Below, piece after piece: positions 16,898 through 25,617 of a stretch of 47,806 nt of DNA. The DNA is from Nocardioidaceae bacterium (GTDB lineage: Bacteria > Actinomycetota > Actinomycetes > Propionibacteriales > Nocardioidaceae): the NCBI GenBank assembly GCA_029268205.1, contig JAJUGK010000001.1, positions 1 through 47,806 on the forward strand. Reading direction: 5' to 3'. The stretch's first letter is position 1; every line of letters begins with the position of its first letter. The position numbers and the translations under genes were made by a program. Under the pieces are notes generated by a model. It was not told where the DNA came from, did not search any database, and saw only the letters and a program-made list of their open reading frames with translations.

Positions 16898-18121
16898 CTA
16901 CAGCCGCACGCCCAGGACGGCATCGACCACGCGCCGGACCTGGTCGCCGCCGCCCGCGCTGCCGGCGACCCAGCCGTCGACCGCTAGCCGCGAGGGCGGG
17001 GCGTCGAGATCGTCGCGCCCGGCGGCGGGGGAGGCGGCGGGGGTGTACCCCGCGGACCCGCCGGGTCGCTCGGCCACGGCCGCACGCCACCGCGCGAGCC
17101 GGGCGTCGGCCGCCTCGAGGAGGCCGCCGGTCCACTCCCAGTCGCTGCGGTAGTGCTGGGCGAGCAGCGCCAGCCGGATCGCCGCGGGGTCGCTGCCGCC
17201 GGCGCGGAGCCGGGAGACGAACTCCAGGTTGCCCAGCGACTTCGACATCTTCTCGCCGTCGAGGGCGACCATGCCGGTGTGGACGTACGCGCGGGCGAAC
17301 CGCTCACCGCCGACCGCCACCTGGGTCTGCGAGGCCGACATCTCGTGGTGCGGGAAGATCAGGTCGCTGCCCCCGCCCTGCACGTCGAGCGGGCCACCGG
17401 CGTGGGCGCGCGCGATGGCCGAGCACTCGATGTGCCACCCCGGGCGGCCCCGCCCGAGGGGGGAGTCCCAGGCGGGCTCGCCGGGCCGCTCGGCGAGCCA
17501 GAGCAGGCAGTCGAGCGGGTCCTTCTTGCCGGGGCGATCCGGGTCGCCGCCGCGCTCGGCGAAGATCGCCATCATCTGCTCGCGGGTCCAGCGCGACACC
17601 TCGCCGAAGGTGACGTCGGAGGTCACCGAGAAGTACAGGTCGTCATCGACTGCATAGACCGCGCCGGCGGCACGCAGCTCCTCGATCATCTCGACGACGA
17701 TCGGGATCGACTCGACGACCCCGACGTAGGCGGCCGGCGCGAGCACGTTCAGCGCCTCCATGTCGCCGCGGAACAGGTCGGTCTGCCGGTGGGCGAGGTC
17801 CTGCCAGTCCTCCCCGTCGCGGGCCGCGCGCTCCAGCAGCGGGTCGTCGACGTCGGTGACGTTCTGGACGTACTGCACCCGGTGGCCGGCCGCGCGCCAC
17901 GCGCGGTTGAGCAGGTCGAAGGCGACGTAGGTCGCGGCGTGGCCCAGGTGGGTGGCGTCGTACGGCGTGATGCCGCACACGTAGAGCCGGGCGGTGCCAT
18001 CGGCCGGGGTGAGGTCGACCCGGGACCCGGTGGCGGTGTCGTGCACCCGCACGGGCAGGTCGGCGACCGCCCCTGCCAGGTCGGTGACGGACGGCGGATC
18101 GACACTGGGCCAGGCGTGCAT
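16898..18121 (-). CDS. mshC: L-cysteine:GlcN-Ins ligase (mycothiol biosynthesis)
   Basis: [52 protein letters not shown]. Confidence 0.96.
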   Translation of the reverse strand: MHAWPSVDPPSVTDLAGAVADLPVRVHDTATGSRVDLTPADGTARLYVCGITPYDATHLGHAATYVAFDLLNRAWRAAGHRVQYVQNVTDVDDPLLERAARDGEDWQDLAHRQTDLFRGDMEALNVLAPAAYVGVVESIPIVVEMIEELRAAGAVYAVDDDLYFSVTSDVTFGEVSRWTREQMMAIFAERGGDPDRPGKKDPLDCLLWLAERPGEPAWDSPLGRGRPGWHIECSAIARAHAGGPLDVQGGGSDLIFPHHEMSASQTQVAVGGERFARAYVHTGMVALDGEKMSKSLGNLEFVSRLRAGGSDPAAIRLALLAQHYRSDWEWTGGLLEAADARLARWRAAVAERPGGSAGYTPAASPAAGRDDLDAPPSRLAVDGWVAGSAGGGDQVRRVVDAVLGVRL

Positions 18122-18144
18122 GGGAGGAGTCTAGAGAGCGGTCC

Positions 18145-18936
18145 TCAGAAGGCGGGCCACGGGATCGCCGGCCACTCGCCGCTCGGGAACGGCAGGGAGC
18201 CCTCGCGGAGCAGATCGTCACAGCGTCGTCGGCAGGCCCGGACCTCGTCGGGCGTGACGTGCGCCGACAGGCTGGTGGCCAGGTCGTCGGCGGCGTCCGC
18301 GAGCCGGTCGCGGAGGCCGGCGACCGCGGCGCGCTCCGCGTCGGTCAACGACTCCCCCGCCCAGCCCCACAGGACGGTGCGGAGCTTCGGGTCGACGCTC
18401 ATCGAGACCCCGTGATCGACGCCGTAGCGCCGGCCGTCCGTGCCCGCCAGCACGTGCCCGCCCTTGCGGTCGCCGTTGTTGATGACGACGTCGAAGACCG
18501 CCATCCGGCGCAGTTCGGCGATGTCCTCGTGCACGAGGTCGACCGGCCGCCCGTCCCCGTCGAGGGCCGAGAGCACGTGCCGATAGCCGGGCGGCACACT
18601 CCCCGCGGGCACCAGGTCGACCGGCTGCACGGAGTCGTCGGTCTCGACGTACAACTGCAGCATCCCCGGCCCCGCCGGGCCGTCGGCCAGCGTCGTGGGC
18701 GGCACGATCCCCCACCCGAGCGCCTCGCTGAGCAGGTGGGCCGCCACCTCCCGCCCCGCGAGCGTGCCGTCGGGGAAGTCCCACAGCGGGCGCTCGCCGG
18801 CGATCGGCTTGTAGACGGCCCGGACCCCGGCGACCTCGACCAGGACGGTCGTGTTGGAGGCGGGCAGGATGCGTCCGACGACGGCCATCTCCGCTCCGGC
18901 GCGCGTCGCCTCCGCGAGGGCCGCCGGATCAACCAC
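18145..18936 (-). CDS. SCO1664-family PI3/PI4-kinase-like protein
   Basis: ASN, YKP..GERPLWDFPDGTLAGREVAA, NNGDRKGGH, GVDHG, WPAIPWP; GTG 18936 overlaps DUF3090 end. Confidence 0.85.
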   Translation of the reverse strand: MVDPAALAEATRAGAEMAVVGRILPASNTTVLVEVAGVRAVYKPIAGERPLWDFPDGTLAGREVAAHLLSEALGWGIVPPTTLADGPAGPGMLQLYVETDDSVQPVDLVPAGSVPPGYRHVLSALDGDGRPVDLVHEDIAELRRMAVFDVVINNGDRKGGHVLAGTDGRRYGVDHGVSMSVDPKLRTVLWGWAGESLTDAERAAVAGLRDRLADAADDLATSLSAHVTPDEVRACRRRCDDLLREGSLPFPSGEWPAIPWPAF

Positions 18937-19501
18937 CGGAGCGCTTGAAGCCGTTGGCGCGCGGACACAGGTGACCCTCCGGGTCGACCGGGCCACCGCA
19001 GAAGGGACACGGTGCGCGCCCCGCGGCGATGACCCGCTCGGCGCGCTCGCAGAACGCGCGCGCCTGCCCGGGCCGCAGGCGGACCAGGAGGACCTCCTCC
19101 GGCTCCGGCTCGTCGATCTCCTCCTCAGGCTGGTCGGGCGCGACGACCGACTCCTCGGTGAATGGGAAGACCTCCACCACGACGGTGGCGTCGGTGGGAT
19201 CCCAGGCCAGGGTCATCGTCCCCGCCCGGAACTCCTCGACGATCGGCTGCTCGAGCGGGAGGTCGTCGGCGAGGTCGCGGGGGGCGACGGCGGGCACCAC
19301 GACGTCCTCACCGGCCTGCATCACCTCGTCGAGCAACTCGTCGATCCGGTGCGCGAGCGCGGCCACCTGCTGCTTCTCCAGGGCCACGGTGGTGATCCGC
19401 GTGCCGGCGCGCGCCTGGAGGAAGAACGTGCGCTGCCCGGGTTCGCCGACGGTGCCGGCCACGAAGCGCTCCGGCGGGTCGAATCGGTGGATGACCGGCA
19501 T
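18929..19501 (-). CDS. DUF3090 family protein
   Basis: FVAGTVGEPGQRTFFLQA, LEKQQV, C-terminal GRAPCPFCGGPVDPEGHLCPRANG. Confidence 0.9.
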   Translation of the reverse strand: MPVIHRFDPPERFVAGTVGEPGQRTFFLQARAGTRITTVALEKQQVAALAHRIDELLDEVMQAGEDVVVPAVAPRDLADDLPLEQPIVEEFRAGTMTLAWDPTDATVVVEVFPFTEESVVAPDQPEEEIDEPEPEEVLLVRLRPGQARAFCERAERVIAAGRAPCPFCGGPVDPEGHLCPRANGFKRSGG

Positions 19502-19546
19502 GGGATCGACTCTAGGCCCACCGCACCAGTGCGCGGACCGCGCCGC

Positions 19547-20254
19547 TCAGGTGCCGGTCGTGCCGCCGACCACGGCGTCGCCGTCCGCCGGGCGGCTCCG
19601 GCGACGGCGCCGCGTGGGCGGTGCGAGATGGGCCAGGGATCCCGCGTGGGTGTTGCTGGCCAGCACGAACGCCCGGTGCGGGGTGTAGCGCACGATCGAG
19701 AGCGACCCGGGGTCGACCACGATCCGTTGGAACTCGTCGAGGTGCAGGCCGAGCGCGTCGGCGAGGACGGCCTTGATGACGTCGCCGTGGCTCACCGCCA
19801 CCCAGATCGCATCGGCGCCGTGCTCCTCCTCGACGGCGCGGTCCCAGCGACGGACGGCCTCCACCCCGCGCGCGGACATCGCCGCCAGCGACTCCCCGCC
19901 CGGGAAGACGGCCGCCGACGGGTGCGCCTGCACGGTGCGCCACATCGGCTCCTTGGTGAGCGCCCGGATCTGCTGCCCGGTCCAGGAGCCGTAGTCGCAC
20001 TCGGTCAGGCCCTTCTCACGGGTGATCGGCACCTCGTGACCGAGGCCGCGCACGAGCTCCGAGGCCGTCTCCCGGCAGCGCGCGAGGGGGCTGGTCACCA
20101 CCAGGGCAGGGCGGAGCCCGACCAGCCGCTCCCCCGCGGACCGTGCCTGCTCCCGACCCCGGTCATCGAGGCGCACGCCGCGGGTGCGTCCCGCGAGGAT
20201 GCCGGCGGTGTTGGCCGTGCTGCGGCCGTGCCGGGCCAGGATGACGGTGGCCAT
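19547..20254 (-). CDS. Histidine phosphatase (MSMEG_4193-like phosphomutase family)
   Basis: RHG motif, TSPL.RC.ETA, ECDYGSWTG, VSHGDVIK. Confidence 0.9.
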   Translation of the reverse strand: MATVILARHGRSTANTAGILAGRTRGVRLDDRGREQARSAGERLVGLRPALVVTSPLARCRETASELVRGLGHEVPITREKGLTECDYGSWTGQQIRALTKEPMWRTVQAHPSAAVFPGGESLAAMSARGVEAVRRWDRAVEEEHGADAIWVAVSHGDVIKAVLADALGLHLDEFQRIVVDPGSLSIVRYTPHRAFVLASNTHAGSLAHLAPPTRRRRRSRPADGDAVVGGTTGT

Positions 20255-20272
20255 GGCCGAGCAGCCTAGTCC

Positions 20273-21097
20273 TCAGGCGGTGAGCACCCCGCCGCCGAGC
20301 AGGCCCAGCACCGCCGCGCCCAACAGCACCCGGTAGACGACGAACGGGGTGTAGGACCGGGTGGAGACGTAACGCAGCAGCCAGGCGATGGCGGCGTACC
20401 CCACGACGAACGCGATCAGGGTCGCGACGATCGTCGGGCCCCAGCCGTACGGGTTGGTGGCGCCGGACACGTCCTTGAGCTTGTAGACCCCCGCGCCGAC
20501 GACGGCGGGGATGGCCAGCAGGAAGGCGAACCGGGTCGCGGCCTCGCGGTCGAGGCCGAGGACCCGGCCCATCGAGATGGTCGCGCCGGAGCGGGACACC
20601 CCGGGCACCAGGGCCGCGGACTGGGCCAGCCCCATGAGGATGGCATCCCGCAGCCGCAGGTCGTCGGTGCGCCGGGTGAGCGCTCCCCAGCGGTCGGCCA
20701 CGCCGAGGACGAGGCCCATGGCGATCAGCATCGTCGCTACCAGCCACAGACTGCGGAACTGGCGGTCGATCAGGTCCTCGAGTGTGAGCCCGAGAACCAC
20801 GACGGGGATGGATCCGATGATCACGTACCACCCCATCCGCGAGTCGAGGTGTCCGCGCCACTCGGGGCGGAACAGCGACCGCACCCAGGCGTTGCCGATG
20901 CGCCAGATGTCGTGACGGAAGAACAGCAGCACCGCGATCTCGGTGCCGATCTGCGAGACGGCGGTGAACGCCGCGCCGGGGTCCTCCCACCCGAACAGCT
21001 CGGGGAAGATCCGGAGATGGGCACTGCTGGAGATCGGCAGGAACTCGGTGAGCCCCTGGAGCAGACCCAGCACGGCGGCCTGGAGGTAGTCGAGCAC
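20273..21097 (-). CDS. uppP: Undecaprenyl-diphosphate phosphatase
   Basis: QGLTEFLPISSSAH and PGVSRSGAT signatures. Confidence 0.96.
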   Translation of the reverse strand: MLDYLQAAVLGLLQGLTEFLPISSSAHLRIFPELFGWEDPGAAFTAVSQIGTEIAVLLFFRHDIWRIGNAWVRSLFRPEWRGHLDSRMGWYVIIGSIPVVVLGLTLEDLIDRQFRSLWLVATMLIAMGLVLGVADRWGALTRRTDDLRLRDAILMGLAQSAALVPGVSRSGATISMGRVLGLDREAATRFAFLLAIPAVVGAGVYKLKDVSGATNPYGWGPTIVATLIAFVVGYAAIAWLLRYVSTRSYTPFVVYRVLLGAAVLGLLGGGVLTA

Positions 21098-21158
21098 CGC
21101 GCAAGGCTACGGCGAGCCGCTCCCCCGCCGCGAACCGGTGCCCGCTAGGTTTCGACCC

Positions 21159-22109
21159 ATGCAACAGCGCACGCTCGGCCGATCCGGTCTGCGGGTCTCC
21201 CGTCTGGGGCTGGGCACGCTCACGTGGGGACGCGACACCGACGAGCACGAGGCCCGCGACCAGCTCCGCGCCTTCGTCGAGGCCGGCGGCACCCTCGTCG
21301 ACACCGCCGCGGGGTACGGCGACGGGGCGAGCGAGGAGCTCCTGGGCTCGCTTCTCGGCGACGTCGTGGCGCGCGACGACCTGGTGTTGGCCACCAAGGC
21401 CGGCATCGGCCGGGTCCGCGGCGAACGGGTGACCGATCTCTCCCGCGGTCGGATGCTCCGTACGCTCGACGAGTCGCTGCGCCGCCTCGGGGTCGATCAC
21501 GTCGACCTGTGGCAGGTCCACACATGGTCCGACGAGGTGCCGCTCGAGGAGACCCTCGGGGCGCTCGAGACTGCGGTCACCAGTGGTCGCGCGGCCTACG
21601 TCGGCGTCTCCAACCACGCCGGTTGGCAGCTCGCCCGCTCCGTCACGCTGCAGCAGGGCGGGTGCGCCCCGGTGGTCGCCCACCAGGGCGAGTACTCGCT
21701 GCTCAACCGCTCCGTCGAGGCGGAGATCGTGCCGGCCGCACTCTCCCTCGGCGTCGGGCTCCTCCCCTGGTCGCCGCTGGGACGTGGCGTCCTCACCGGC
21801 AAGTACCGCACCGGGACCCCCGCCGACTCCCGCGCCGCATCGCCGCACTTCGCCGGCTTCGTCGGTGCCTACCTCAACCCGACCGCGCAGCGTGTCGTCG
21901 AAGCGGTCGCGGCGGCCGCCGACGGGCTGGGCTGGTCGCTGACCGAGGTCGCGCTGGCCTGGGTGCGCGACCGGCCCGGCGTCACCGCGCCGATCCTCGG
22001 CGCCCGCACGGCGGCCCAGCTGCAGGGGTCGCTGAGCGTCGAGGACTGTGTGCTGCCGCAGGAGATCGTCGACGCGCTCGACGATGTGTCCACCGAGGAG
22101 GGATCGTGA
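21159..22109 (+). CDS. Aldo/keto reductase
   Basis: LGRSGLRVSRLGLGT, DTAAGYG, ATK, DLWQVH, GVSN, WSPLGRG.LTGKY. Confidence 0.92.
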   Translation: MQQRTLGRSGLRVSRLGLGTLTWGRDTDEHEARDQLRAFVEAGGTLVDTAAGYGDGASEELLGSLLGDVVARDDLVLATKAGIGRVRGERVTDLSRGRMLRTLDESLRRLGVDHVDLWQVHTWSDEVPLEETLGALETAVTSGRAAYVGVSNHAGWQLARSVTLQQGGCAPVVAHQGEYSLLNRSVEAEIVPAALSLGVGLLPWSPLGRGVLTGKYRTGTPADSRAASPHFAGFVGAYLNPTAQRVVEAVAAAADGLGWSLTEVALAWVRDRPGVTAPILGARTAAQLQGSLSVEDCVLPQEIVDALDDVSTEEGS

Positions 22110-22360
22110 GCAAGCGACTCGACAAGGCAGCCAAGGCGCAGGCGCGACGCGCCCTCGGTCCGGGGGTGGAGTACGAGTTCGAGCGGCTCGTCCTCTCCCG
22201 TGACCACTCCCGCTCGTTCGTCACCCGCCTGCTGGTCGACCGGGCCGAGCGCGGCGGATGGGAGCTGGTGCGGGTGCGGGTCGCCGCCGACGGCACCCGC
22301 CGGGTGGTGCTGCGCCGCCGCATCATCCGGCAGCGGCGATACCCGCAGCTGGTCGGCTGA
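22106..22360 (+). CDS. DUF5703 family small protein
   Basis: GTG overlaps AKR stop; EYEF...AERGGWELVRVR...DGTRRVVLRRRI; only present as the tail of a long ORF in the track. Confidence 0.8.
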   Translation: MSKRLDKAAKAQARRALGPGVEYEFERLVLSRDHSRSFVTRLLVDRAERGGWELVRVRVAADGTRRVVLRRRIIRQRRYPQLVG

Positions 22361-22382
22361 GTCTGCTCGGACGCTCCGAGGC

Positions 22383-23711
22383 TCAGAGCTCGCCGAGGAA
22401 CCGGTCGAACACCCGCGAGCCGAACTCCAGGGAGTCGACGGGCACGCGCTCGTCGACGCCATGGAACAACGCGGTGAAGTCGAGGTCGGCGGGCAGCCGC
22501 AACGGCGTGAAGCCGTAGGACTGCATGCCCAGCTTGCGGAAGTGCTTGGCGTCGGTGCCGCCGCTCATCAGGAACGGCGCGACGAGCGCGTCGGGGTCCT
22601 CCGCCAGCAGTGAGCGGTGCATCGCGTCGACCAGGTCGCCCTCGTACGGCGACTCCCACGGCTGCTGGTGGCTGACGAAGTCGATGTCGACGTCGGGGCC
22701 GCAGAGCTCGGCGAGGGTGGCGAAGAACTCGTCCTCGTAGCCGGGCAGGAACCGGCCGTCGACATGGGCGGTGGCCTCGGTGGGGATCACGTTGACCTTG
22801 TAACCCGCGCCGAGCATCGTCGGGTTGGCGGTGTTGCGGATGACCGCGCCGAGCATCCGGGCCGCGCTGCCGAACTCCTCGATCAGCGACTCGGCGTTCT
22901 CCGGGGTCGCCTCGGTGCCGGCGAGCTCGCCGATGCTGGCCAGCAGCACCTTCATGGTGGGCGTGAGCCGCACCGGCCACGGGTGGGCGCCGATGCGGGC
23001 GACGGCGGCCGCGAGCGAGGTGACGGCGTTCTCGGTGTTGATCATCGATCCGTGGCCGGCCCGGCCGCGGGAGGTCAGGCGCATCCAGGCCATGCCCTTC
23101 TCGGCGGCCTCCACCAGGTAGACGCGCCGGCCGCGCACGGTGGCGCTGAACCCGCCGACCTCGCCGACGGCCTCGGTGCAGCCGGCGAGCCAGTCGCGGT
23201 GCTTCTCGACCAGGATCTCGGCGCCCTTGTGGCCGCCGGCTTCCTCGTCGGCGGTGAAGCACAGCACGATCGGCCGGTCGGGGACGGCACCGGCACGCGC
23301 CCGGGCGCGCACGGTGGAGAGGAGCATCGCGTCGAAGTCCTTCATGTCGACCGCGCCGCGCCCCCAGACCGCGCCGTCGTGGATCTCGCCGGAGAACGGG
23401 TGGACCTGCCAGTCGGCGGCGTCGGCGGGGACGACGTCGAGGTGTCCGTGGAGCAGCACCGGGTCGCCGTCACCGGTCCCCCAGCGGGCCAGCACGTTGG
23501 CCCGCCCGGGCTCGCCCTCGATGATGGTCGGCTCGATCCCGACCTCGCTGAGGAGCGCCGCGACGTGCTCGGCCGCCTTGCGTTCCCCGGGTCCGGTGTC
23601 GTCGCCGTAGTTGGTGGTGTCGATCCGGATCAGGTCCCGGCAGATCTCCACCACCTCGGCGGCGGGGTCGTAGGCCTGCTGGTCGCTCTCTCCCGCGTGC
23701 TGCTGCTCCAT
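22383..23711 (-). CDS. M20/M25/M40 family metallopeptidase
   Basis: HGHLDVVP, GRGAVDMK, ADEEAGG, GHGS, GGTDAK, FHGVDERVP. Confidence 0.93.
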   Translation of the reverse strand: MEQQHAGESDQQAYDPAAEVVEICRDLIRIDTTNYGDDTGPGERKAAEHVAALLSEVGIEPTIIEGEPGRANVLARWGTGDGDPVLLHGHLDVVPADAADWQVHPFSGEIHDGAVWGRGAVDMKDFDAMLLSTVRARARAGAVPDRPIVLCFTADEEAGGHKGAEILVEKHRDWLAGCTEAVGEVGGFSATVRGRRVYLVEAAEKGMAWMRLTSRGRAGHGSMINTENAVTSLAAAVARIGAHPWPVRLTPTMKVLLASIGELAGTEATPENAESLIEEFGSAARMLGAVIRNTANPTMLGAGYKVNVIPTEATAHVDGRFLPGYEDEFFATLAELCGPDVDIDFVSHQQPWESPYEGDLVDAMHRSLLAEDPDALVAPFLMSGGTDAKHFRKLGMQSYGFTPLRLPADLDFTALFHGVDERVPVDSLEFGSRVFDRFLGEL

Positions 23712-23745
23712 GGCCCCATGGTGGCGCATCGCGGCAAGATCCGCC

Positions 23746-24339
23746 TCAGCGGCTGCTGCGCGCCGTGCGCCCCTTGACGATACCGACCATCTCCTGGCAC
23801 AGCGCGTCGTCGCCCGCACGCGGCCAGGCCAGGGCCACGGTCGTGGGCTCGACCCCGTCGACCGGGCGCCAGATCAGGTCCTTGCGCTGGTGCGCGCGGG
23901 CGACCGCCTGCGGGACGACGAGCAGTCCCTGCCCCCCGGCCACGAGCGCGGCCCGGTCGCGGGCCGAGAGGTGCGGACCGAGGTCGTCGGCGGTCAGCAG
24001 CTCGTCGCGCACGTCGTCCACCCCGACCGCCTCGTCGTCGGCCAGCGCGGCCAGCACGTGGTCGCGGGGTGCGAGCACGACCGGGCGCTCGTCGTACATC
24101 CGCACCACATGCAGGTCGTCGGGCGTCAGGCCGCCGGCCGGCTCCACCGGGAGCCGGACGATGCACATCCGGCAGCGGCCCTCGGCGAGCGCCGCCACCT
24201 GCTCGTGCTCCTCCAACGGCACCACCGCGAGCGCGGGACGGCGGATCCGCTCCGCCCACACCCTGGTCCAGCGGCGCGCGACGACGCCGGGAACGAGTCC
24301 GAGGGCGAACGTCGTCGTGGGCTCTGCGTGAGGGGACAC
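23746..24339 (-). CDS. Stand-alone LysR substrate-binding-domain protein (no HTH)
   Basis: GLVPGV...W.RVW.ER start, ALVAGGQGLLVVPQ.VAR.H.RKDL, VALAW, GRTARSSR end; GTG 24339. Confidence 0.75.
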   Translation of the reverse strand: MSPHAEPTTTFALGLVPGVVARRWTRVWAERIRRPALAVVPLEEHEQVAALAEGRCRMCIVRLPVEPAGGLTPDDLHVVRMYDERPVVLAPRDHVLAALADDEAVGVDDVRDELLTADDLGPHLSARDRAALVAGGQGLLVVPQAVARAHQRKDLIWRPVDGVEPTTVALAWPRAGDDALCQEMVGIVKGRTARSSR

Positions 24340-24361
24340 CGCTGGATCGTAGGCTCCGCCC
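24340..24361. promoter_or_regulatory. Bidirectional promoter with overlapping -10 elements
   Basis: ATCGTAGGCT holds TACGAT (minus, 24346-24351) and TAGGCT (plus, 24350-24355), each 6 nt from a start codon. Confidence 0.65.
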
Positions 24362-24892
24362 ATGGTGCTGATCGCCTCGGACCTCCTCCGCGTGGCCGCG
24401 GTGGTCAGTCTCGTCGCCGGCACCGTCGCCTACGGCTGGGTCGGTGCGGCGCTGTTCCTCCTGGTGCTCGGGGGCACCTTCGTCCCCCGCGCGGTGGGCG
24501 CGTCGCCGTGGTTGGACACCGCCTACTGCGCCACGCTGATCTTCGGTGCCTGGGCGGCCCAGCTGGACTGGTACGTCACCGTCGAGTGGCTCGACGTCGT
24601 CGTGCACGCCGCGGCCACGGGCCTGATCGCAGCTGTCGCCTGGCGGGTGCTCGAGGTCGTCGGTGGCGTCGGGTCCGCACCCTCGCCGGTCGCGGTCGTC
24701 GTCACCGCGGCGATGGCGACCGCCCTGGCGGCAGTGTGGGAGGTCCTGGAGTGGATCGGTCACACCTGGATCGACTCCCGCATCCAGGTCGGCTGCGACG
24801 ACACGATCGGCGATCTGGCCGCGGGGATGGCCGGGGCCGTGGTGGCCGGGGTGGCCGTCGGCCTGGCCCGGCGCGGGGACGTGGCCCGGTGA
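24362..24892 (+). CDS. Integral membrane protein (DUF2238/YjdF-like)
   Basis: Hydrophobic helices with WLDVVVH, WEVLEW, DTIGDL motifs; stop overlaps GT2 start. Confidence 0.7.
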   Translation: MVLIASDLLRVAAVVSLVAGTVAYGWVGAALFLLVLGGTFVPRAVGASPWLDTAYCATLIFGAWAAQLDWYVTVEWLDVVVHAAATGLIAAVAWRVLEVVGGVGSAPSPVAVVVTAAMATALAAVWEVLEWIGHTWIDSRIQVGCDDTIGDLAAGMAGAVVAGVAVGLARRGDVAR

Positions 24893-25617
24893 CGCGGCCC
24901 CCGGTGTCGGTGGTCATCCCGGTGCGCGACGACGCCGCCGAGCTGGCGGTCTGCCTGGCGCACCTGGCCCGCCAGACCGTGACCCCGTTCGAGGTCGTGG
25001 TCGTCGACAACGGTTCCGGTGACGACACGGCGGCGGTCGCGCGGGCGCACGGCGCGCGGGTGGTGCCCGAGCCGCGTGTCGGGATCCCATACGCCGCCGC
25101 GACCGGGTACGACGCGGCAGGCGGCGCGGTGATCGCGCGGCTCGACGCCGACTCCCGGCCCCGGCCCGACTGGGTCGATCAGGTCGGGCGCGCGCTGGCG
25201 GTGCCCGGGATCGACGCGGTCACCGGGCCGGGACGCTTCCACGACCTCCCGCCGGTCGTCCGCCGACTCGCGGCGCTGCTCTACCTCGGTGCCTACTTCG
25301 TCCTCGGCACGTTGGCGATCGGCCGGGTGCCGCTGTGGGGGTCCAGCATGGCGATGCGGCGCACCGCCTGGGACCGCGTGCGTGACCGGGTGCACCGGGA
25401 AGCCGACGTGCACGACGACATGGACCTCACCTTCGTCCTCGGGCCGCGCGCGCGGATCCGCTTCGACCGCCGGCTCGGGGTGGACGTCTCGGCGCGCTCG
25501 CTGCGCGGCGGACCACAGTTGCGCCGTCGGTTGGAGCGGGCGGTGACGACGTTGCGGCTGAACTGGGCGCAGATCCCGCCGTGGGAACGTTGGTGGAGCC
25601 GCCTCCGCACCCGGTGA
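24889..25617 (+). CDS. Family 2 glycosyltransferase, probable C50 carotenoid glucosyltransferase (CrtX-like)
   Basis: VSVVIP, VVDNGSGD, RLDADS, HDDMDL; abuts crtEb. Confidence 0.8.
   Translation: MTRPPVSVVIPVRDDAAELAVCLAHLARQTVTPFEVVVVDNGSGDDTAAVARAHGARVVPEPRVGIPYAAATGYDAAGGAVIARLDADSRPRPDWVDQVGRALAVPGIDAVTGPGRFHDLPPVVRRLAALLYLGAYFVLGTLAIGRVPLWGSSMAMRRTAWDRVRDRVHREADVHDDMDLTFVLGPRARIRFDRRLGVDVSARSLRGGPQLRRRLERAVTTLRLNWAQIPPWERWWSRLRTR

Noticed and set aside
23710-24888. 635-aa version of the glycosyltransferase ORF
   Set aside because: N-terminal part overlaps two real genes; GT2 homology starts at GTG 24889
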